DNA from: an uncultured Chloroflexia bacterium
GTDB taxonomy: Bacteria; Chloroflexota; Limnocylindria; Limnocylindrales; CSP1-4
Reading direction: 5' to 3'
DNA length: 64,000 bases
NCBI GenBank assembly: GCA_963813535.1
Contig: CAWEZH010000003.1
Coordinates: forward strand, 448,001 to 512,000
Each line of letters opens with the position of its first letter. Position 1 is the first letter of the stretch. A program made the translations under genes and the position numbers. The notes beneath the pieces are model-generated. The model searched no databases. It was not told the DNA's origin and saw nothing but the letters and a program-made list of their open reading frames with translations. Below, one piece after another: positions 57,402 through 64,000 of this stretch.

Positions 57402-57797
57402 TCACGGTGTCAGAACCACGATGACCTTGATCTCGCGAACACAGCCCACGTTCTGATCGATCAACCGGAACGTCCACTGCCCTGGTCGGTCGATGGGGAA
57501 GACGACGCCTCGATCGTCTACGCCGTTACCGCGAAACGTGTCGACCACGACGCCGTCCGGCGAAATCTGAGTGATGTCCACGGTCGTCCATCCCGTACCC
57601 GTGAAACCGATGGCGGTCGGTGGGTCGACCCCGGGTGTGGCCAACGTAAGGGTGTATGGCGGCTCGACCGGGACCTTGCCGTCGAACGTATCGGTCGTCA
57701 CGCCGAGCGTGCATTGGTCTGGTTGGAGGAGTCGCTCCGCTTGGGCGCACCCCGCCACTCCAAACCACAACGCCAAGCCGATCGCCAAGCGCAGCAC
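57402..57797 (-). CDS. Hypothetical lipoprotein (Ig-like beta-rich)
   Basis: Signal peptide with VAGC lipobox; PGQWTF. Confidence 0.55.
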   Translation of the reverse strand: MLRLAIGLALWFGVAGCAQAERLLQPDQCTLGVTTDTFDGKVPVEPPYTLTLATPGVDPPTAIGFTGTGWTTVDITQISPDGVVVDTFRGNGVDDRGVVFPIDRPGQWTFRLIDQNVGCVREIKVIVVLTP

Positions 57798-57989
57798 CGC
57801 GTGACCATACCGTTTGCAGCTGCCGTGCGGGACATCTCGCCCGCGCGAGCCTGGCGCTCCGTTGCCGACCCGACTCTCGGGGCAGGAGCGTCTCCCCGCT
57901 GGCTTCCGCGATGGTGCGCGGCTGCACGGCGGTGTTCCAGCGCCGCGCGCAGGGCATCGCGGACGTCATGGGCTACGCTGCCGGGCGCG

Positions 57990-58589
57990 ATGGACCTCCT
58001 CGTGCTCGGTGCGAATGTCGTCTGCTGGGGCGCGATCGTGGTCGTGTGGATCGCTGCCGCCGTCCGCGACGCTCGCACCCCGCGCGACGTGCGAGTCCGC
58101 GGGTCGACCGAGATCGGGCTGGTCGTACTCGCGATGGTCGCGGTCGCGGCCATCCTGCTCGTCGGGCGCTCGATCCTTGCGCCCTTCACGCTGGAGGCAA
58201 CGTGGGCCAGGATGATCGGGGCGGGCGTCCTCGTCGGATCCACGCTATTTGCCATATGGGCGCGTCTCGCGCTCGGAGGGTCGTGGAGCGTCGGTCCGCT
58301 GGCTTCGACCGAACGCGGCGTGCGCACGGACGGCCCGTACGCGATCACGCGCCACCCGATCTACACGGGTCTGCTCGGGATGCTGCTGGGAAGCGCGATC
58401 CTGGGCGGGCTGGGGCAGTGGCTCGTGCTCTTCGCAGGCGGCCTCGTCGTCGCCGCGCTCAGGATCCGGTCCGAGGAACGACTCCTCCTCGCGACGTTTC
58501 CCGACGCCTACGTCGCCTACCGCGAACGGGTGCCGCGGTTGATCCCGGGATGGCGCTCGCCATCTGCCCGGCCCCGAGGACCTCGGTAA
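57990..58589 (+). CDS. Isoprenylcysteine carboxyl methyltransferase/PEMT family membrane protein
   Basis: GPYAITRHPIYTG, EERLL, YRERVPRLIP. Confidence 0.88.
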   Translation: MDLLVLGANVVCWGAIVVVWIAAAVRDARTPRDVRVRGSTEIGLVVLAMVAVAAILLVGRSILAPFTLEATWARMIGAGVLVGSTLFAIWARLALGGSWSVGPLASTERGVRTDGPYAITRHPIYTGLLGMLLGSAILGGLGQWLVLFAGGLVVAALRIRSEERLLLATFPDAYVAYRERVPRLIPGWRSPSARPRGPR

Positions 58590-58749
58590 GGGAGTCCCGC
58601 TGGTTGAAGGCCTCTCGACGCCCCTTCGCTGCCACCGATAGCCACGGCATGGCGTCGACATGCCGCGGCGTGCGGTCAGCGTCTTAGGCGACCATCCTCG
58701 ACGGCCCCGACACTGCCGGGGCCTAGTTGACGTGAGGCATTTACCCGGT

Positions 58750-58929
58750 CTAGACGGAGCGGCCCACGGTGCTCAGGATCGTGCTGACCTGATTGCCCAG
58801 GAAGATGAGGGCGATGATGGCGATGATGGCGATCAGTGCGAGGATGAGGGCGTATTCGGCGAGACCCTGGCCGTCGTCGTCGCGGCCGAACGACCGGATG
58901 AGCAAGTCGACGTGCGTCTTCGGATCCAT
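58750..58929 (-). CDS. flp: Flp/Fap type IVb pilin
   Basis: G/QGLAEYALILALIAI prepilin cleavage and Flp EY motif; GGAGAGGA RBS. Confidence 0.88.
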   Translation of the reverse strand: MDPKTHVDLLIRSFGRDDDGQGLAEYALILALIAIIAIIALIFLGNQVSTILSTVGRSV

Positions 58930-59189
58930 GGTCCTCTCCCCTGTGCTTGCTGGGGTCACCATCACGGTAGGCGCCGCGCGGCGAGAGCATCCCTACGTAG
59001 GTCATGTGCGGCGCCGCACCGCCCGCGGGTCCGCGTGACTCGTCGCAACGGTAGTTGCCGCTAGGGAGCTGGTGGAATAGGGCCAATGCCCTAGCAGGGC
59101 GACGCCGTCGTCCACATCGGACGCCTCGAAGACGTCGAGAACGAGGGGTCGCCGCCAGGGGAGCGGGTCCACCAGGCCGCGCGACCAAT

Positions 59190-59227
59190 GAGACGGTCAC
59201 CGCGCAGGGAGACGGTCACCGCGCAGG
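59190..59227. repeat. Perfect 19-bp tandem duplication (gagacggtcaccgcgcagg x2)
   Basis: Copies at 59190-59208 and 59209-59227. Confidence 0.85.
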
Positions 59228-59297
59228 GCGACCCACGGTGGAGGTGTTGGCCCGATCCCGACAACTCGCCTGTCGCTACGCTGCCTCCGGATCTGCG

Positions 59298-59636
59298 ATG
59301 GGCATGCAACCAACTACCAGTCGGGACCGGCACCCAGTGGAGCCACCACGGCGTAGCGTCTGGCTCGAACGGGGCGCAGAAAGAATCCCTCCTGGGGCCA
59401 TCTTCACCGTGTTCAACAGCGTCCGTGCCATCTGCGTCCCGTCCTCGGATCCCGTCTTTCAGCGCGTGGTCCACGGCGTCCTGATGTCGAAGTCGATCAC
59501 GTCGACGCGGGAGCTCGAGGACGAACTGCGAGAGCTGTATCCCGCGGTCCGGGTCCGACGCCGGGAGCTGAGCGGAGAGAACGGCGTCACGTGGTACGTG
59601 TACCGCGAAGCTGACTTCCCGAGTAGCCAGCCCTAG
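59298..59636 (+). CDS. Hypothetical protein
   Basis: Coding-like C-terminus LRELYPAVRVRRRELSGE...WYVYRE; start uncertain. Confidence 0.55.
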   Translation: MGMQPTTSRDRHPVEPPRRSVWLERGAERIPPGAIFTVFNSVRAICVPSSDPVFQRVVHGVLMSKSITSTRELEDELRELYPAVRVRRRELSGENGVTWYVYREADFPSSQP

Positions 59637-59713
59637 GCGAGGCACGCGGTCGCATAGCTCGTGCACGCACCCCGGCGATTCGGAGCCGCGAGGAGATCCA
59701 CCACCAGCCGGCC

Positions 59714-59770
59714 GAGCCATTCGGCCCCCATCACGGGGTCGAATGGCCGTCAGATGGGTCGTCTTGGCCC
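59714..59770. promoter_or_regulatory. DosR/NarL-type tandem palindromic boxes
   Basis: gagccattcggccc 59714; gggtcgaatggccg 59736; gggtcgtcttggccc 59756. Confidence 0.45.
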
Positions 59771-59843
59771 ATCCGCCGAGCACACCTCCTCGCCCATCCT
59801 GAACTGACTCAGAACATTCGAATAGGTCAGTGAGGTTGGGATC

Positions 59844-60536
59844 ATGAACGGTCGTTTGAAGATCATCGGGGTCATGCTGGCGGTCATCGGGCTCGCCTTC
59901 ATCGCCGGTGGCGGGTTCGCGTTCTACAAGACGAACCAGGGGACCCATGCGCTTCAGGCGTTCAGCGCCGCGCAGAACGTCACCCTCAGCTACAACGACG
60001 ACGGCCAGCTGGTCGACCGTGGCGAGACCGCTGGGGCGCTCGCGATCATGTCGCTCCTGACCAACGACTGGGGCTACGCGGTCAACGCGTCCGAGCTCGA
60101 CCCGAATGACCCACTGGTCAACACGGCAAGCGAGTACATGTACCAGATGGCCACGATCGCCTACCACACCCTTAGCGGCACGACGACGGTCGTCCTGGAC
60201 GAGGCCGTCACGGCCGACGACGGGACTGTCTACGCGGCAGGCACCTATGAGTTCGCGACCGACGGTCGCTACTGGACCGGCTTCGACCGGACCAATCCGA
60301 TCGAAGGTGCGGCGCGTGACCAGGTCTGGACCGGCACCGCCCATGCGCTCATCGCCGAGCTCGGCGTCGGCAGCGTGACCGCCTCCGCGCTCCAGATCGG
60401 CCTCGGCATGGCCGCCCTTCTCGCCGGCTTCGGTCTGACGATCCTGCTCACTGGCCTCGGCCTGGTGTGGGCGACGCGCCCGGAGACGGAGCGAGCGAAG
60501 GCTCCGGCCCTGCGGCCGGTGGCCGCCCTGGGATAG
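59844..60536 (+). CDS. Hypothetical membrane protein (N- and C-terminal TM, extracytoplasmic loop)
   Basis: GAGG RBS; typical codon usage; two hydrophobic segments. Confidence 0.75.
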   Translation: MNGRLKIIGVMLAVIGLAFIAGGGFAFYKTNQGTHALQAFSAAQNVTLSYNDDGQLVDRGETAGALAIMSLLTNDWGYAVNASELDPNDPLVNTASEYMYQMATIAYHTLSGTTTVVLDEAVTADDGTVYAAGTYEFATDGRYWTGFDRTNPIEGAARDQVWTGTAHALIAELGVGSVTASALQIGLGMAALLAGFGLTILLTGLGLVWATRPETERAKAPALRPVAALG

Positions 60537-60655
60537 CCGGCCGTGATCGGGTCGCCGACCCGGTCCCCCGAACAGCCACGGCGTGGGCCTTCCAGGCCCA
60601 CGCCGTTCGGCGCGTCCGGCAGGACGACCTGGGCGGTGCTCTATCCTCGCCACGG

Positions 60656-61819
60656 ATGCTCGACCCGGATCCGCCTGTGACACGCAGCCTTGACGAGGTC
60701 CAGGCTGCCCTCGATGCCGCCGTTCGGGGCATCGCCGGACTGACCTCCGTTGATGACGCGTTGCAGGTCATCGTCGATCGCGTCCGTCCGCTCGTTGGAG
60801 CGCAGTACGCCGCCGTGGGGATCGTCGACGCCGACGGCCGCATCGAGCGATTCATCACGAGCGGGATGGACGATCACATCCGACGGCAGATCGGCGCCCT
60901 GCCGGAGGGACATGGCCTCCTCGGCTTGATCATCCGCGAGAACCGCTCCTTCCGGATCCCCGATCTGAACGTCGACCCCCGCCGCTCCGGTTTCCCGCCG
61001 AACCATCCACCCATGACGAGCTTCCTGGGTGTGCCGATCACGATCAAAGGCATCTCGCTCGGCCGGCTATACCTCACCAACCGGATCGGGGCTGACGAGT
61101 TCAGCGAGGAAGATCGGTCGCTCGTCGAGACCTTCGCCCTCCACGCCGGGATCGCGATGGAGAATGCGCGACTGCACGAGCAGCTGCAGCGACTCGCGGT
61201 CGTCGATGAACGGGAACGGATCTCGAAGGACCTGCACGACGGGATCATCCAGAACCTGTATGCGGTGGGACTCTCGCTCGAGGACGTCCCCGAGCTCATG
61301 ACCGAAGACTCCGCCGAGGCCGCGGCTCGAGTCGAGCGGGCGATCGACGCGATCCATCTCTCGATCAAGGACATCCGCAACTTCATCTTCGGCCTGCGCC
61401 CTGAGTTGCTGGAGGGTGCATCGCTGGTCGTCGGGCTAGCGGCGTTGGTCGATGAATACCGACATAACATGATCGTGGACCTGGAGCTACACCTCCCCGA
61501 CGCGGTGACTGAACCGCCGGTCGAGGTGACCGGTCACCTCCTGGCGATCGTGGCCGAATCGCTCAGCAACATCGCGCGTCACTCGCAGGCGACTCGCGCG
61601 ACCGTGACACTCACGACGAGCGCGGACCGGAATGGGTTGGAGCTGGTCATCGAGGACAACGGGGTCGGGTTCGATCCGGCCAGCGTGGTCAAGCTCGGGC
61701 ATCAGGGTCTGGCCAATACGCGCGAACGGACCGCGCAGATCGGCGGGACCCTGACCATCGTCAGCCGTCCCGGGGCCGGCACGAGGGTGTTCATCCTCGC
61801 CCCGGTCGAGCCGACGTGA
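60656..61819 (+). CDS. GAF-domain sensor histidine kinase (DosS/DevS-like, HisKA_3)
   Basis: GFPPNHPPMTSFLGVP GAF, ERERISKDLHDGIIQ, SNIARH, DNGVGF. Confidence 0.92.
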   Translation: MLDPDPPVTRSLDEVQAALDAAVRGIAGLTSVDDALQVIVDRVRPLVGAQYAAVGIVDADGRIERFITSGMDDHIRRQIGALPEGHGLLGLIIRENRSFRIPDLNVDPRRSGFPPNHPPMTSFLGVPITIKGISLGRLYLTNRIGADEFSEEDRSLVETFALHAGIAMENARLHEQLQRLAVVDERERISKDLHDGIIQNLYAVGLSLEDVPELMTEDSAEAAARVERAIDAIHLSIKDIRNFIFGLRPELLEGASLVVGLAALVDEYRHNMIVDLELHLPDAVTEPPVEVTGHLLAIVAESLSNIARHSQATRATVTLTTSADRNGLELVIEDNGVGFDPASVVKLGHQGLANTRERTAQIGGTLTIVSRPGAGTRVFILAPVEPT

Positions 61820-61828
61820 GGCGAGCAC

Positions 61829-62524
61829 GTGTCTGAGGGTGCGTCTCCGCCGCCGACGCGACCGTTGACGCTGCTCCTCGTCGACGACCACGAGGTCGTG
61901 CGCCAGGGTCTCGCCGCCCTGCTGGGGCGTCGGCCGGAGTTCCAGATCGTCGGCGAGGCAAGCACGGTCGCCGAAGCGATCGACGGCGCGCGACGCTTCC
62001 GCCCGGACCTCGTCGTCATGGATGTTCGGCTGCCGGACGGCTCGGGGATCGAGGCCTGTCGGGACATTCGAGCCGAGCTGCCCGAGACACGGGTCGTCAT
62101 GCTGACGAGCTACCCCGATGAGGACGCCGTCCTCGCGGCGATCATCGCGGGGGCGAGTGGGTACCTCCTGAAGCAAGTTCGCGCCCGCGATCTCGTGGCG
62201 GCCCTCATCGCCGTCGGGCGCGGCGAATCGCTGCTCGATCCGGCCGTGACGGGGCGCGTGCTCGAGCGCATCCGGCGGATCGCGACATCCGATCGACCCG
62301 ACGAACTCGCCGCGTTGACGTCGCAGGAGCAGAAGATCCTCCTCCTGGTCGCCGAGGGCAAGACGAACAAGGAGATCGCGGCCGATGTCTTCCTGTCCGA
62401 CAAGACGGTCAAGAACTACGTCAGCTCGATCCTGGCCAAACTGAATCTCGAGCGACGCGCTCAGGCCGCCGCCTACATGGCGCACCTGCGTGACGCGAGC
62501 CGGGACATCGACAGCGGCACGTAG
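61829..62524 (+). CDS. NarL/LuxR-family response regulator (DosR/DevR-like)
   Basis: VDDHEVVRQG, DVRLPDGSG, GKTNKEIA, KTVKNYVSSILAKL. Confidence 0.93.
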   Translation: MSEGASPPPTRPLTLLLVDDHEVVRQGLAALLGRRPEFQIVGEASTVAEAIDGARRFRPDLVVMDVRLPDGSGIEACRDIRAELPETRVVMLTSYPDEDAVLAAIIAGASGYLLKQVRARDLVAALIAVGRGESLLDPAVTGRVLERIRRIATSDRPDELAALTSQEQKILLLVAEGKTNKEIAADVFLSDKTVKNYVSSILAKLNLERRAQAAAYMAHLRDASRDIDSGT

Positions 62525-62527
62525 CAC

Positions 62528-62563
62528 GGGCCGACCGGCCCGTCACAAACGGCCGTTCGACCC
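62528..62563. promoter_or_regulatory. DosR/NarL-type tandem boxes downstream of the regulator
   Basis: gggccgaccggccc 62528-62541 and cggccgttcgaccc 62550-62563, 22-bp pitch. Confidence 0.45.
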
Positions 62564-62616
62564 TGCCCGAGTGGCGTGAGGGCGGGCATCCTCTATCCAG
62601 GATGGAGGAGGCGCTC

Positions 62617-62826
62617 ATGACCGAACGACGACAACGAGCCCACGGCGACGCGGATGATGCCGAGGCCGAACACGTCGAGCGTTCGCCGGCGGAAGGCACA
62701 CCATCCTTCGACCTCCGGACGATCCAAGAGATCATCGATCGAGACCGAGTCCTTGTTCAGGGACGCTGTCGCCCGACTGCGCTTCGAGCGAGCGTACGTG
62801 GCGCTGCCGCCAAAAGGAGCGCGTGA
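62617..62826 (+). CDS. Small hypothetical protein
   Basis: Strong GGAGGAGG RBS before ATG; -10-like CATCCT upstream; no recognisable domain. Confidence 0.4.
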   Translation: MTERRQRAHGDADDAEAEHVERSPAEGTPSFDLRTIQEIIDRDRVLVQGRCRPTALRASVRGAAAKRSA

Positions 62827-63269
62827 TGCAATACGCAAGGACGCCGGTGCGCCGGCTCATCAACATGCTCGAGTGGACACGGATCCGCCTCGGGATCGCG
62901 CCAAGTCAGCGCTTCCTATTGACCGTGACTGGCCGGCGATCCGGTCGACCCCACACGACGCCCGTCGCTGTCGTCCAGCACGGGTCGGAGCGCTGGCTGG
63001 TCGCTCCGTATGGCGAGGTGAGCTGGGTCCGAAACGCTCGGGCGGCGGGTCGAGTCTGGCTTGAACGGGGTCGGCGACGGGAGGAGTGCGAGGTCGCCGA
63101 GGTCAGTCCCACCGAGGCCGGCCCGGTACTCCACGAGTACGTCGCGATGGAGCCGATCACGCGGCCGTTCTTCGCCGCCCCGGTCAACGCTCCCGTCGAT
63201 GCCTTCGCCGCCGACGCGGCGATGCATCCGGTCTTCTCACTGCTGTCGCCGAATACGCCGAAGGGCTGA
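62823..63269 (+). CDS. Deazaflavin (F420)-dependent nitroreductase family protein
   Basis: LLTVTGRRSGRPHTTPV, WVRNARAAG, HPVF. Confidence 0.85.
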   Translation: MMQYARTPVRRLINMLEWTRIRLGIAPSQRFLLTVTGRRSGRPHTTPVAVVQHGSERWLVAPYGEVSWVRNARAAGRVWLERGRRREECEVAEVSPTEAGPVLHEYVAMEPITRPFFAAPVNAPVDAFAADAAMHPVFSLLSPNTPKG

Positions 63270-63320
63270 CTCCGACAAGCCGTGGCATGGCCATCCTCGC
63301 GGCGACATCGATCCGGACGG

Positions 63321-63923
63321 TCAGAGCCACCCGCGCTCGCGGGCGAGCCGCGCAGCGGCGGTGCGGTTGCTCACGCCAAGCTTTCCGATCGCCTCGGAAA
63401 GGTAGTTCCGTACGGTGCCGTCCGACAGGTGGAGACGCGCCGCGATCTCCGCGTTGGCGAGCCCCTCGCCAGCGAGGCGCAGGACCTCGCGTTCACGGTC
63501 AGTGAGCGGATCCGCCTCGGTCCAGGCATCTGCCGCCAGCTGTGGGTCGATCGCCCGACGGCCGCTATGGACCGTGCGGATGGCCTCGGCGAGCGTGGCA
63601 GACGGGGCGTCCTTGAGGAGGTAGCCCGCGGCGCCAGCGTCGAGCGCCCGTCGCAGGTAGCCGCTGCGAGCAAATGTGGTCAGGATCACGACACGCGTCG
63701 ACAGGCCCTGTCGACGTATCTCTGCGGCGACGTCGAGGCCGCTCAGCCCTGGCATCTCGATGTCGGTCAAGAGCACGTCCGGGGTGAGCGAGACGACGAG
63801 CCGGAGCGCCTCATCGCCATCGAGCGCCGTCCCGACGACTTCCAGGTCGTCCTCGAGTCCGAGCAGGACGCCGAGCGCGCCGAGCATCATGCGCTGATCC
63901 TCGGCCAGGACGACGCGGATCAC
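63321..63923 (-). CDS. NarL-family response regulator (DesR-like)
   Basis: LAEDQ, TDIEMP, TTFARSGYL, GTVRNYLSEAIGKLG. Confidence 0.92.
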   Translation of the reverse strand: MIRVVLAEDQRMMLGALGVLLGLEDDLEVVGTALDGDEALRLVVSLTPDVLLTDIEMPGLSGLDVAAEIRRQGLSTRVVILTTFARSGYLRRALDAGAAGYLLKDAPSATLAEAIRTVHSGRRAIDPQLAADAWTEADPLTDREREVLRLAGEGLANAEIAARLHLSDGTVRNYLSEAIGKLGVSNRTAAARLARERGWL

Positions 63924-64000
63924 AGACGTCCGCTCGATTCGGAGGGTCGCGCAGCCGTGTTGTTCGTCGTACCTTCGGCCGGCACGGCGACGCGGACACG
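63920..64000 (-). CDS. Probable C-terminus of cognate sensor kinase (DesK-like), truncated by window
   Basis: RVRVAVP... ending in TGA overlapping the regulator's GTG; context only. Confidence 0.45.
   Translation of the reverse strand, partial: RVRVAVPAEGTTNNTAARPSESSGRL

Noticed and set aside
59190-59227. CRISPR array
   Set aside because: Two adjacent copies with no spacer; no cas genes
58930-59300. c-di-GMP riboswitch upstream of flp
   Set aside because: I could not find the GGCAAA/GAAA-tetraloop/GCAAAG core or the class II features on either strand

Overview
This is a high-GC bacterial chromosomal window. Lipoproteins with Ser/Ala/Pro linkers, F420-type enzymes and a lone Flp pilin suggest a Chloroflexota (Limnocylindria/Ellin6529-like) or actinobacterial-like genome; this placement is inference only. 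In order, the window holds: an L-rhamnose uptake/catabolism cluster (rhaTPQS-rhaM-rhaI, AraC regulator, second ABC system, GH78 rhamnosidase); two tandem atypical arginase-family genes; an XRE operon; a GT4; tRNA-Pro(CGG); an MtrAB-like two-component system with a GerMN/Gmad2 lipoprotein; two tandem glutamine synthetases behind a PucR-family regulator, resB and a trans-sulfuration enzyme; a D-xylose cluster (xylAB, xylFHG, xylR) with a divergent gene run (Gfo/Idh/MocA, RnfD/NqrB-like membrane protein, ASPIC/UnbV beta-propeller, M24-like fold, aldose 1-epimerase); GGDEF, Lrp, LLM, homocysteine methyltransferase, LysE behind a probable attenuator, a cupin-cyclase fusion; tRNA-Pro(TGG); an FAD oxidase; an Flp pilin; and DosS/DosR-like and DesK/DesR-like systems. 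I saw no integrase, transposase or CRISPR array. The best candidates for undescribed biology are the xylose-linked UnbU/UnbV-like pair, the leader-peptide attenuator before lysE, the tandem ureohydrolases and the tandem GS/PucR locus. All calls come from reading motifs by eye; no searches were run.
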